From NCBI GenBank assembly GCA_965242925.1, contig CBDEUM010000012.1, positions 32,001 through 96,000 of the forward strand: a stretch of DNA of 64,000 bases. The letters are read 5' to 3'. The position numbers and the translations under genes were made by a program. The stretch comes from Roseibacillus sp. (GTDB taxonomy: Bacteria > Verrucomicrobiota > Verrucomicrobiia > Verrucomicrobiales > Akkermansiaceae). The notes beneath the pieces were generated by a model. It did not search any database. It was not told the origin of the DNA and worked only from the letters and a program-made list of their open reading frames with translations. Shown here one piece after another: positions 9,121 to 20,253 of this stretch; position 1 is the first letter of the stretch; every line of letters begins with the position of its first letter.

Positions 9121-11868
9121 ATGACTCTCCTCATTCCAGGCTGCCTGCGGCAGAGTGGCATCCTGTTGTCATTACTGCTCCTTGTCCTCGCGGGGGCCAC
9201 CTCCCCCGGCACTCCCCTTCGAGTGGCCACTTTGAATGTCGAACTCGGCCTCGGGGCACCAGGGAGCACGGGATTCGAGGCTGCGGTCGATATACTGGAG
9301 CGGATCGATGCCGATGTCGTCGCCCTCCAGGAACTCAATCGCCCCGACTTTGAAGGAGCTCCGACTTCTTTTGAGAGTCTGGCCTCCACCCTTGGTTATC
9401 CACACCTCCACACCGCCACAACTCAGGGAGTTCTCGATCTCGGGATGCGCGCCGGATTCCTCAGTCGCTACCCCATCACCTCTGCCACCAACATCGGGTC
9501 CCCGCCGGGAGCCCGGGACATGGCGCGCCAGATTCCGGCCATCGTAGTGGATGTCCCTGCCACCCTCGCCGATCCCACCATCCTGACTTTGCACCTGAAG
9601 TGCTGTCTCGATCCGGACGACCCCTTCCGGAGGGCCGTCGAGTTGAAGCGGATCACGGACTATCTGGCGGCCCAGGAGTTGACGGCCGGGGACAACGTCA
9701 TCGTTCTCGGCGACTTCAACCTGATAGGAAGCGATCTGGCCTACGACACGGTTCCGAGCGGACTGCCCCAGACCTTCGAACTGGGAGAAGATGTAACCTT
9801 TCCCATCAACTACCACACGGATCCGGCAACCTACTTTCAATCCTGGTCCATCTCCGCGCTCGAGGCCCGGCAACTCAACGGCTCTTCCAACACCCAGGGC
9901 AGCGGACGCCTTGATTTCATCCTCGCCACCTCAGCCCTGACAAACCGACCCCATGCCAGCGAAGTCTACAACAGCGCCCTTGATGTCAGCACCCGGGATG
10001 GGCTTCCGAAGACCGGCTCACCGCTACCCGAAGGAACAAGCCGCAGTGCCTCGGACCACCTGGCCATCTTTGCCGACTTCGCCCTGACCTCTCAGGACAC
10101 CCTTGGCCTCGTGGTCTCTCCCACCGAAGTAGCGGAATCCGACCCTCCCGGCGCAGCCGTGCTCATAGTTGAGCTGCCCGTTGCTCCCGGCCCGGGGGAA
10201 TCGATTGAGGTCCAGCTCAGTTCTTCAGCGCCGGAGGAAGCAATTCCGGCGCTGACAACGATCACCTTCCTGGCCGGGGAGACTCTTCAGGAGGTCGACG
10301 TCGTTCCACGAACCGACGGACAGATCGACGGGGCCAGAGAGGTCATCTTTACTGCCGCTTCCGCCGGTTTCGCTTCCGCCACGGCCCGTCTCCAGGTGAA
10401 CGACAGCTCCATGTCCCTCTACGAGATCAGACAATTGGGCAACCCGGTCACTGAGGACTTCAGGGAATTCGAGGGGATCTCCGCTCCGCCGCGCTGGACT
10501 ACTTCCCGGGGATTCTGGCGTGGTATTGATGACGGCAGCTCCGGTATCGGCGGCCTCTACTCCTACGGCAACGACGGGTCACTCGGATTTCTTGTCAACA
10601 ACAACCCGGTCACTGCCACAGCCAGCTTCCGGAATAATACCGGCCATACGATCACCGCCCTTCATGTCGCCTACGATGCGGAGCAGTGGCGCTCCTTCGA
10701 AGGCGGGAGGGCCGACACTATCACGGTGGAGACCTCCATCGGTGGCGTCCTCAACCCCCTGTCCACTCTCACCTTCACCGCAGACCGATCTCCCCCCGGC
10801 AACGGGCCCGTTCCAGGGGGACTCTCCACCACCCTCTCGGCAGAGATCTCCGATCTTTCCATAGCCCCGGGTGAGACCTTCCAGATCATGTTCACCGCGA
10901 CCCCGGGACCCCTTTCCGGTTTCATTGAGGACTCAATCCGCCTGAACGAGATCCACTACGACAACGGTGGCCAGGATATCGACGAGTTTCTCGAAATCCT
11001 GGTGGCCCCAGGTTACGAAGGGCCTGCCTCGGAAGTGGATATCCTGCTCTACAATGGCAATGGTGGCACTCTCTACGGACAGCACTCCCTGGCATCCTTT
11101 TCCCACGACCAGACCTTTCCTTCCGGCTACCGTCTGTATTCCAAACTCATTCCCAGGATCCAGAATGGGCCCGACGGGATAGCTATCGTGGCGCAGGGTG
11201 AAGTGCGGGATTTTCTCTCCTACGAAGGCACTTTCACCGCAACCGACGGCCCGGCCAGCAGGAGGGTATCAGAGAATATCGGCGTGGTTCAGGCCAATCC
11301 CGTTCCGGCGCCCGGCATGGGCAGCCTGGGCCTGACAGGGGACTCCACCTGGTCCCGTTTCTCCACTCCGCACTCCCGCGGAGTATTAAATCCCGGTCAA
11401 CTACTGGTTAGTCATCCCATACCGGGAATCGCCATGGACAACCTCAGTATCATCGCCCGGGACGACACCGACCTCGATGGACTGCCCGATTGGATCGAAC
11501 AAGAACTCGGCACCAATCCCAAGCTTGTGGACAGCGACGGAAATGGAGTCCCGGATGGAGAGGAAGACGCGGATGGAGATCGGCAGAGCAATCTGGCCGA
11601 ACTTAATCTCACCCAGACCGACCCGCTCGATCCCAACTCCCGCTTCCAGATCACGATTACCTCCGATCCCGGTGTTATGCATGGCGCCCTCCTCTCCTTT
11701 GCCACTCTCCCCGGTCGCAGTTACACCATCTTTCACAGTAACGACCTGGTCACCTGGGCTCCGCTTTTCTCCCTCCCGGGATCGGGCCGGTCCGAAACCC
11801 GGGCCGTCACCGGAACCCCTCTCACCCCGTCCAACTTCTTCCGGGTCGAAGTCGTTCAGGGTAGATAA
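9121..11868 (+). CDS. Secreted endonuclease/exonuclease/phosphatase (EEP) multidomain protein with Calx-beta-like and lamin-tail-like domains, TSP3-like repeats and a C-terminal Verrucomicrobia-type domain
   Basis: Signal peptide; ATLNV, ALQE, HLK, GDFN, RLDFI, SDH motifs; LNEIHYDN; DTDLDGLPDW. Confidence 0.8.
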   Translation: MTLLIPGCLRQSGILLSLLLLVLAGATSPGTPLRVATLNVELGLGAPGSTGFEAAVDILERIDADVVALQELNRPDFEGAPTSFESLASTLGYPHLHTATTQGVLDLGMRAGFLSRYPITSATNIGSPPGARDMARQIPAIVVDVPATLADPTILTLHLKCCLDPDDPFRRAVELKRITDYLAAQELTAGDNVIVLGDFNLIGSDLAYDTVPSGLPQTFELGEDVTFPINYHTDPATYFQSWSISALEARQLNGSSNTQGSGRLDFILATSALTNRPHASEVYNSALDVSTRDGLPKTGSPLPEGTSRSASDHLAIFADFALTSQDTLGLVVSPTEVAESDPPGAAVLIVELPVAPGPGESIEVQLSSSAPEEAIPALTTITFLAGETLQEVDVVPRTDGQIDGAREVIFTAASAGFASATARLQVNDSSMSLYEIRQLGNPVTEDFREFEGISAPPRWTTSRGFWRGIDDGSSGIGGLYSYGNDGSLGFLVNNNPVTATASFRNNTGHTITALHVAYDAEQWRSFEGGRADTITVETSIGGVLNPLSTLTFTADRSPPGNGPVPGGLSTTLSAEISDLSIAPGETFQIMFTATPGPLSGFIEDSIRLNEIHYDNGGQDIDEFLEILVAPGYEGPASEVDILLYNGNGGTLYGQHSLASFSHDQTFPSGYRLYSKLIPRIQNGPDGIAIVAQGEVRDFLSYEGTFTATDGPASRRVSENIGVVQANPVPAPGMGSLGLTGDSTWSRFSTPHSRGVLNPGQLLVSHPIPGIAMDNLSIIARDDTDLDGLPDWIEQELGTNPKLVDSDGNGVPDGEEDADGDRQSNLAELNLTQTDPLDPNSRFQITITSDPGVMHGALLSFATLPGRSYTIFHSNDLVTWAPLFSLPGSGRSETRAVTGTPLTPSNFFRVEVVQGR

Positions 11869-11889
11869 CGCAGCCCCGGGTGCTTACTC

Positions 11890-14665
11890 TTGCCTCCAGG
11901 GTCATCGCCCCCCACTCTCCCGCCCGTGCAGCACCCCCTCCCCGGTCAGCGATGGACCAGTGCATCCCAGCCGGAACTCGGCCTGGGCCTCGTCATCACC
12001 ACGGAGGGTGACCGGGTCGAGATTTGCTTCCCCGCTGCTGAAGAAATGCGTCAGTATGTCTTCTCCTCTGCTCCCCTGATCCGCGTCCACTTCAAGGAGG
12101 GTGACCGGATCAAGGACCAGGCGGGCAAAGCGTTCACCGTTGAACGGGTTGAGGACCGGGATGGGCTTTACGTATACCACGCCGGGGAACACGAGATTCC
12201 GGAGGAGCATCTCTTCGACGCCTTGAGTTTCTTCAAGCCGGAAGAGCGCCTCCTCGCCGGTCAATGCGACGACCTCCCTTCCTTTGACCTCCGGGCCCAG
12301 GCCCTGCAGCATAATGGTCGCATTCGCAGCTCTCCCGCCCGGGGCTTCACGGGTGCTCGCATCGATCTCATTCCACACCAGGTCGCCATCGCCTCGGAAG
12401 CCGCCCGGCGACTCTCTCCCCGGCTTCTCCTCGCCGACGAAGTCGGACTGGGAAAGACCATTGAAGCCTGCCTCATCCTTCACCGCCTGCATCTTACCGG
12501 ACGTGCTGACCGGGTCCTCATTCTTGTTCCAGAGCCACTTGTCCATCAATGGTTCGTGGAATTGCTGCGCCGTTTCAATTTCCTCTTTGCCCTCTTCGAC
12601 GAAGACCGTTGCGCTTCCCTTGAGGCCAACGATGAGACCGGAAATCCATTCCTGGACAGCCAGCTCATCCTCTGCGCCACCGAATTTCTTGCCGAACAGC
12701 CGTCCCGGGCCGAACAGGCCAGAGCCGCGGGATTCGATCTCCTTATCGTGGATGAGGCCCACCACCTCGAATGGCATCCCAACGCGCCCAGTCCGGCCTA
12801 TTCTCTGGTTGAATCGCTTGCTGCGATCGTGGATTGCCTCCTTCTCCTCACTGCCACGCCGGAACAACTCGGACCGGAGGGCCACTTCGCGCGACTTCGC
12901 CTTCTTGACCCCAGCCGCTACGACAACCTCTCCACTTTCCGGGAGGAGGCGGAAGGTTACGAACCACTTGCCGACCTGGTGGGGAGGCTGGCCGACGGGG
13001 AATGCCCGACTGAAGAGGATCTCGCTCTCATCGCGGGGCGTTCGCCACGCACGGAAACCTCGGTCCGGGCTTTAGCGGAACACGATGAATCTGCACGAGC
13101 GGAGCTGATTCAAGATCTCATCGATTCCTTTGGCACCGGAAGGGTCATGTTCCGCAACACCCGGGATCGCCTCACCGGCTTCCCGGAGCGCAAACTGCAC
13201 CTTGTCACCCTTGATGCCGTTCAGGATGGGGACGGGATCGAGGCGCGCGTGGACTGGCTGTCGGAGTTCCTCCACGACTTCCCAGACCGCAAGGTCGTCG
13301 TCATCTGTCATTCCATGGAATTGGCCGAGTCGATTCGCTCTCTCCTCCTCGCTCGCATTCAGATTGAAGCCGCCCTCTTTCATGAGGAGCTTACCCTTCT
13401 TCAGCGTGACCGCAATGCCGCCTGGTTCGCAGAACCGGGTGGCGCCCGTGTCCTGATTTGCTCCGAAATTGGGTCCGAGGGTCGCAATTTTCAATTCGCC
13501 CACCACCTCGTCCTCTTCGATCTCCCGGCCAATCCGGAACTTCTCGAGCAGCGCATTGGAAGGCTTGATCGCATCGGACAGACGGAAACGATCAATATCC
13601 ACGTCCCGGTAATCAAGGGCAGCGGCGAGGAACTACTGGCGCGCTGGTATGCTGAGGGGCTTGACGCCTTTGAGCACTCCCTGAAGGGCGCGGCCACCCT
13701 GTCAGGAGCCCTCGGACCGGAACTCAGAACCCTCCAGCAAAATGGGGAGACGACTCACTTCGCGGAGTTTCTGGAACGCACCAGGACCATGCGGGATAAA
13801 GTGGCACGTGAACTTGCCAGCGGTCACGATCGCCTCCTTGAACTGGGCGCCCCTTCCACGGAGAAAACGAAAGAACTTATCGAGCAGATTTCGATTACCG
13901 ATCACGATCCCGCTTTCGAACAATTTGTCATTCGACTCTTCGACCACCTCGGACTGAGCATCGAGGACCTCTCCCTGCGGAGTTATGTTTTTCAGAGAGG
14001 TGAACGCCTCAGCGAGGCCTTTGGAGAGTTTCCCGAGGATGGACTCTCCGCCACCTTCGATCGAGACTGTGCCCTCACCCGGGAAGACATCGCCTTCATG
14101 ACCCCGGACCATCCGCTCTTCCGGGATGCCGTCGACTCCCTCCTCGGCCAGGAGCAGGGCAACTGCAGCTTTGCCCACTGGAAGACGGCACGGGGAAAGA
14201 CGATGCTCCTGGAGTGCTACTACGTCCTGGAGTGCCCTGCCCCCACCCGGTTGCACGCCGACCGCTTTCTCCCGCCCACCCCCTACCGCACAGTGGTTGA
14301 TCACAAGGGAAATGATCACAGCGAGGACGAGGGCTTGCCGACCGCCAACCTGGAACCAGGCAGTCCCCGCAAGCTCGGTCTCCCAGAAGGTATTCAGGAC
14401 GGACATCCTTCCTTCCATGCTCGCCCGGGCGGAGGAGATCGCAAGCGAACGGGCCCAGGCACAAGTTGAACAGGCGGTAAGCGCCGCTGAAAAATCACTG
14501 GCCGGCGAGATCGAGCGCCTCCGCGATCTGGCCCGACGAAACAACCACATCTCTCCCGCCGAGATCGAATCCCTCGTCGAACATCGCGACGAAATTAGTC
14601 GCCTTCTCGGCCAGTCGCGGGTGCGACTGGATGCCCTCCGCCTCATCTGGCGGACCCCGGGCTAG
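11890..14665 (+). CDS. rapA: RNA polymerase-associated SNF2-type ATPase RapA/HepA (frameshift near 14377, probably a sequence error)
   Basis: PGQRWTS..PELGLG, LADEVGLGKT, DEAHH, TATP, SEIGSEGRN, EQRIGRLDRIGQ; C-terminal RLDALRLI in ORF 14126-14665. Confidence 0.92.
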
Positions 14666-14744
14666 AAGCAATGTCCGGTGCAGGACACGCCGGGAACCAG
14701 AGGTTTACCTTTTCCGGACCGCCGCGACCCCGTAGCCTTCGCGC

Positions 14745-15158
14745 ATGAAACTTCTCATGCCCCTGATTCTCGTCTCTGTTCTCGGGGCCCTCCCGGCCAA
14801 TGCGGATCCTGGCAGAAATGCGACCGGGGCAATCGTCCATGTCAACGCCGTGAAAGCCGCTCAACTTCTTTCCAACAAGGACGAGAAGAAGCGTCCCGTC
14901 ATCATCGATATCCGGACTTTGGACGAGTTCAGGGAGACACACCTGAAAGGGGCCAGGCAGATCGATTTCCTTGAAGACGACTTTGCTGCCAGAATCAGGA
15001 AACTGGATCGCACCCGGGCCTATCTCATTCACTGCCGCAGTGGTGGCCGCAGCTCCCGCTCGCTTACCCTCTGGAATGAACTCGGATTCAAGAAGATCTA
15101 TCACCTCGATGGCGGCATCCTGGCCTGGCAAAAAGCCAGCCAACCCGTGGTCAAGTAG
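14745..15158 (+). CDS. Rhodanese-like domain protein with signal peptide
   Basis: IDIRT..EF...HLKGA, active-site loop HCRSGGRS, LDGGILAW. Confidence 0.9.
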   Translation: MKLLMPLILVSVLGALPANADPGRNATGAIVHVNAVKAAQLLSNKDEKKRPVIIDIRTLDEFRETHLKGARQIDFLEDDFAARIRKLDRTRAYLIHCRSGGRSSRSLTLWNELGFKKIYHLDGGILAWQKASQPVVK

Positions 15159-15173
15159 CCGCTCCGAAAAGCA

Positions 15174-15536
15174 ATGCTGAAAACTCCGATTGGAAGACTG
15201 CGGCTTACAGGACTGCTGGAAGGGAGCTCTTACCTCGTCCTTCTCTATTGCTCGATTGTGCTCAAGCGGATCCAAGGCAACGCGGAGGCCATCCACCTCC
15301 CGGGCGCTATTCACGGCGGACTCTTCATCCTCCTCTGCCTCCTGCTCTGCCTCGCCCGCAAACCAGCGGGATGGTCACACAGGACCTGCGCCGTAATCTT
15401 CGGCGCAGCCCTTCTCCCATTTGGACCGTTCGTAATTGAACCCTGGCTCAGAAGGGAAGACCAGCGGGTAAGGAACCAACGACAGGCAAACGCCGCAGGC
15501 ATCCGCGCCGATGCATCCGGCCCCCTGGACCCTTAA
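15174..15536 (+). CDS. DUF3817 membrane protein
   Basis: LEGSSYLVLL, G.IHGGLF, AALLPFGPF motifs. Confidence 0.8.
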   Translation: MLKTPIGRLRLTGLLEGSSYLVLLYCSIVLKRIQGNAEAIHLPGAIHGGLFILLCLLLCLARKPAGWSHRTCAVIFGAALLPFGPFVIEPWLRREDQRVRNQRQANAAGIRADASGPLDP

Positions 15537-15868
15537 CGGGCACAGTCTCCACAAAGGGTGGCCTCGGGCCGCTGCTCGAGACGGGCATAGGCGATCCACT
15601 GGCCGCACCCTTCGCAAAGCCCGTAAGCTCCCTCGTCCATCCTGCGAAGGGCCTCCTGCAATTCGTGAATACGCTGGTTACGACGGCGACTGGCATCCTT
15701 GCGCACCTCCTCCATCTGCATCGAGTCCAGCCTCGAGAGGCGACCGATCGCAACGTCCACCGCCACCGCCTGGGGGTCCACCTCCTCCGAGGTGGCCTCT
15801 TTCCTCAATTGCCCCAGTTCCCCCCGGGCGCGGATTTCCAACTCGATCTGTTCCTCCACGCTGAGCAC
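15533..15868 (-). CDS. TraR/DksA C4-type zinc-finger protein
   Basis: AIGRLSRLDSMQ coiled coil; YGLCEGC...RL...P...LCGDC; GTG start inferred. Confidence 0.88.
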   Translation of the reverse strand: MLSVEEQIELEIRARGELGQLRKEATSEEVDPQAVAVDVAIGRLSRLDSMQMEEVRKDASRRRNQRIHELQEALRRMDEGAYGLCEGCGQWIAYARLEQRPEATLCGDCAR

Positions 15869-15986
15869 CCCAGCAGCATGCCGTCCCCTCCCCCTCGAGG
15901 CAAGATTGGGCACAGGAATCGCTCGCCAGCACGTTCCCCGTTGAGATTCTGATATCATGAAGCCCTCCCTCCTGTTCGCCAGCGCC
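15746..15986 (+). repeat. Left copy of diverged 241 bp direct repeat (partner 24791-25031)
   Basis: Manual alignment gives about 80% identity; contains the dksA-like 5' half, the intergenic region and a 10-codon stub (MKPSLLFASA) of the C25 gene. Confidence 0.92.
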
Positions 15987-16041
15987 CGGTTTCAGGAGCC
16001 AATCGCTTCACGCATCGTGCGATCGCGGATCGTGCCCAAGG

Positions 16042-16076
16042 AAAAACGCCGCAGTCCGCGAGGACTCCGGCGTTTT
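16042..16076. terminator. Bidirectional Rho-independent terminator
   Basis: AAAAA-CGCCG-C-AGTCC-GCGA-GGACT-C-CGGCG-TTTT just downstream of the minus-strand PEP-CTERM gene. Confidence 0.8.
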
Positions 16077-16096
16077 GAAATGAGTAATCCAGTCTC

Positions 16097-16846
16097 CTAG
16101 CCGCGGTTCCGGCGACGCAGGAAGGACAAGGTCAACACGGATCCGAGGAGGGCGAGAAGCGGGGCGCTCGGCTCGGGAATTGGGTTTGAGACGGCATTGA
16201 GCGCCACGTAGTCATGTCCCATCCAATTACCACCGCCGCTGGCGTTGTAATTGATCCCGCGCAATTCGACATAGTTATCGAACCCGGATCCAATCTCGCC
16301 ATTGACGCTCGCAAGGGTGAATTGCGGGGTGGTGATGACGGTGCTGAGGTTCCCGGGGTTGACCTCAACTTCCTCCCCCACGAGGACATTGTTGAAATAG
16401 ACCTCCACGCCGTAACGCTCGGTTCCACCCTGCCCATGCAGGTTGTTCGCCTCGAAGGAAACCGAGAACAGGTCGGTCGGATCGACGGTTGTCAGGTTGA
16501 AGTGAAAGCGGGAGTGATTGTCGGCGCCTGCAAAGGCCCGTTCAGCGCCAAGCTCATTGGTGGCAACGACCCCTACCGGAGTATAGGTGCCTCCGTCGAC
16601 CACGGTGTTGTAAACGCCTGCAAAGTAATAGTCGTCATCGCTCTGTCGGGCTACCAGCGAACTGTCGGGAGCTCCGGGAAGATCATTCACTGCTGTTTCC
16701 TGGACCCAGTTGACGTCAGGTCCACCACCAACCTGACCTTGAGGCCAAGCCCGTCCGGGGGCACCTGCTTGCCAGACAATGGCAGCTTGAGAAACCATTC
16801 CACTAAGCGCAAAAATGGTGATTAAGGGCATATGGGTTTTTGCCAT
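16097..16846 (-). CDS. PEP-CTERM sorting domain protein
   Basis: Signal peptide; C-terminal IPEPS, hydrophobic TM segment, RRRNRG tail. Confidence 0.9.
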   Translation of the reverse strand: MAKTHMPLITIFALSGMVSQAAIVWQAGAPGRAWPQGQVGGGPDVNWVQETAVNDLPGAPDSSLVARQSDDDYYFAGVYNTVVDGGTYTPVGVVATNELGAERAFAGADNHSRFHFNLTTVDPTDLFSVSFEANNLHGQGGTERYGVEVYFNNVLVGEEVEVNPGNLSTVITTPQFTLASVNGEIGSGFDNYVELRGINYNASGGGNWMGHDYVALNAVSNPIPEPSAPLLALLGSVLTLSFLRRRNRG

Positions 16847-17197
16847 GCCTGAAAACTGCCCACTCCCATGGCATGATGCAAACATTCTCATCGCTTATGT
16901 TCGCAAAACTGAGCTCCCACGGTCACATCGTTCTTGATATTCAGCCAATCCTGATTTCGCATGAACCCGCCCAATATCTCCTGGCCCCTTGTTTCCATGT
17001 GAATTTCTTGGACACGCGGCTCCGGCGAGTCCCCAAATAATGTCGCTCACCGCCCTTGATAAATTGGTTCCGCAAACACCCGCACCGGATCAGGCTCACT
17101 CTGGCGAGAGCGGGATATTCCGGGCAGCCCTGCCTCATCACACCCGGGAACTGCGAGTTGCACATCGTGCGCGCCCTGTTACCAACCTAAACGGCCG

Positions 17198-20100
17198 ATG
17201 ACCCTGTCCAAGTCCACCCGAGAACCCCTCGCCCGGGGGAAGCCCAACCCCTCGCCCAATCCTGGCCCTGATTGTTCTGACACTGGCGATGCCGGGCTGT
17301 AAACCGACGCAACGCCCCAACCAGGATTCCATTGTGGGCAACGATGCCGCTCAAATTCGCGAGCTGGTAAGCGTGGAGGAACGGATCCTCGCCCTCACCC
17401 CACAACTCCGCGAGCTCTCGAAAAGCATGCAGAACCTGCGCCTCCCGGACGGCCCCCGGCTGATCCACTTTGCGTCCGAGGTGACCGTGCGGGAAGCAGG
17501 GCAGACTGCGGACACCTCCGCCCCCGGGGATCTCGACCTGCTGCGCCCCCTCCTCAAGGAGGTGGCCTGGATCGAGCAGGCTTCCTTTTACTTCATCGAT
17601 GGGAGGTTTCCGGACGAGGAGGAGGATCTCTTCGAGGGTGAAGTGGGATTCCGTGGACTGGCCAAATTGAAATCCGGCGGATGGCAGGGACTGATCGGCA
17701 AGTTTCTCATCAAGTGGACCAGGGGCACAGGCGAGGAGGGTGCGGAATGGAAGATCAGCGGCTGGGAACAAAAGGAACTAGTGACCATGGCGAGTGCGCG
17801 GCGTCTCTTTGGCGATGCGCTGGGCACCGCCTTGCCCCGCCCGGCCGACCGGGCCCTCGCACATCGCTCTCCCCACCAGGAGGCCGCCATCAAGTTCTAC
17901 CAGGGGGCGCGAAGAAACATCCGCATCCCTACTTCGCTCCGATCTCCGTCAATCAGAAGCCCGGTCTCGCGGTGGTGGACATCGATTCAGATGGCGACGA
18001 TGACATCTATGTCACGGTCCGGATCGGGCGCAACCTGCTCTTCGAGAACCAGGGCGACGGCACTTTCGTGGAAGCGGCGGAGAAGTATGGGATCCACTTC
18101 ACCGGGCACTTCACCTGTGCGCTCTTCGCGGACTTCGACAACGACGGCGATCCGGACCTCTTCGTGGGCCGTAGCTTGAAACCCAGCCTCTACTTCGAGA
18201 ACCGGGCGGGCCACTTTTATCCCGGCCCGCAGCAGAAAGAGTTCCCGATGACGGCGGTCTCGGCTTCCGCGGCAGACTACAATGGCGACGGCTTGCTCGA
18301 TTTGTACCTGCTGACCTACCGTCCGTCGACAATCGGCGGCAACTCAAGTCCCTCGGGCGGCTCGGGCGGGGTCGGAGCACAAACCGAACACTGGCCTGAT
18401 CACTTTTTTCCGCCCGGGATGGCCGCGGAGTATTACCGCCGTCACAGGGAAGCAAACTCGCGAAACGATCCCCAGTTCCCGAACCTCCTCAACCAGATCG
18501 GACCGCCGAACATTCTCTATGTGAACCGCGGCAAGGGGCGCTTTGAAATTGCGGAGGAGAGCACCCAGTTGGGGATCTGGAGAAACTCCCTGCAGGCCAC
18601 CTGGGCGGATTATGACGAGGATGGCGACCCGGATGTCTTCATCGCCAACGACTGGGCGCCCGACAACCTCTTCCGCAACGACGGAGAGTCCGGCTTCACC
18701 GACGTCACGAAGGAGGCCGGCCTCACCGAATTCGGGTTCGCGATGGGGGCTACCTGGGGCGACTACGACAACGATGGCCTGCAGGACCTCTACGTCTCCA
18801 ACATGTTCAGCAAGGCGGGTGCCCGCATCACGAACCGCGTCCCGGGAATCGCCGAGATCTACAAGCAGTCCGCGGCCGGTAATTATCTCTACCGTCAGCG
18901 GCCCAATCACACCTTCGAGCTTGTCTCGGGAGACAAGCCCCCTGCCCTCGCGGTCACCAAGGCAGGCTGGTCGTGGGGTGGCCAGTTCGCCGATTTTGAC
19001 AACGATGGCTTTCTCGATCTCTACGTGCTGAGCGGATACTTCACCGCGCCCGAGGCCGTCTCATCGGAGCTGGACTTGTGAAGTAACCTCTGGCGCACGG
19101 TCGTGCGCACCGACAGCAACCTCGCCCGGCGCAGCTTCCGCTTTTCCGAGGAATGGAGGCGCCGCACCGGGGATGCCCCGCTCACCCCGCAGATTGACCG
19201 ACGCCTGCAGGGAGGCCGGGAGGAAGACGGCCGCTATGTCGTCCATTCCCTGAGCGGAATGGAGCGCAACCACTTCTTCATGAACCGGGACGGAAAAAAA
19301 TTCTCCGATCTCTCGCTGATTTCCGGGATCGACAATCCGGCGGACAGCCGCGGATTCGTCCTGCTCGATTACGATCACGACGGCTGGCAGGACCTCGCCC
19401 TGGTGAACGCCAACGAACCGCTCTTCAACATCTACCGGAATCAGACGGGCGAGGCTGAAGGAAAGGCGGACCACCATGTCATTGCGATTCGCTTCGAGGG
19501 CGGAGCCCGAGGAGAGGCCAGCCCCAACGAGAACTACGCTTGCCGCGACGGATATGGCGCCTTGGTCACCGCCGACCTGGGTGACCTGACGATCAAGCGC
19601 GAACATCGCTGCGGAGAGGGCTTCAGCGTGCAGAACAGCCGCACCATGGTGATTGGGATCGGCTCACGCGAAATGGTTCCCTCCCTCACGGTTCGGTGGC
19701 CATCAGGCAAGACAACCACCCGGGAGAACGTGGCAGCCGGCACCCTTCTCATCGCCTACGAAAATCCCACCCACTCGGGCGCCAGCACGCAGTTCACGCT
19801 GAGCAACTACCACGATGTTGTGCCGCGGAAGCAGGCCCCCGTCCCTCTCACCAGCTTTCCGATCACGGAGCCCGACGCCACCGCACCCATTCGGGTCTAC
19901 ACCACGATGGCCACCTGGTGTGTGGCATGTCAGTCGCATCTCCCGCAGCTCCAGGCCCTGAAGAACGGACTGGGTGAAGGGGCCGCTCTCATCGGCATTC
20001 CGATCGACCCGGACGATAACGCCAAGATGCTCACCGAGTACGCCGAGGAGTGGAAGCCTGCCTATCGCATCCGCGCCGACCTGGAATCCGACGCGCGCGC

Positions 20101-20248
20101 CGCAGTGACAAGGTTTCTTGCCGAGCAATCCGGCGAAGAGGCCGCCCTGCCCTCCACCATCATCACGAACGCCGAAGGCAAAGTCCTCAAGGTGATGTCC
20201 GGCGTGCCGGATGTCTCCATGGTTCGCAAACTCGCGGCCGGTCCTTGA
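17198..20248 (+). CDS. Putative selenoprotein: FG-GAP/VCBS repeats + ASPIC/UnbV + redoxin (CVAC) lipoprotein; in-frame TGA at 19079-19081; frameshift at 17903-17907 and possibly near 17235-17240
   Basis: DxDxDGxxD repeats; ORFs 17681-19081 and 19103-20248 share a frame separated only by TGA; DSRG, GEGFSVQNS, VRWPSG (UnbV); ATWCVAC; lipobox-like LAMPGC at about 17280-17300; start uncertain. Confidence 0.75.
19079..19108 (+). promoter_or_regulatory. UGA plus SECIS-like hairpin
   Basis: TGA + 11 nt spacer + GCGCAC-GGTC-GTGCGC perfect 6 bp stem with GGUC loop. Confidence 0.75.
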
Positions 20249-20253
20249 GCAGA

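Noticed and set aside
15040..15060. Rhodanese as another selenoprotein
   Set aside because: The active site is an ordinary Cys codon (TGC at about 15033).
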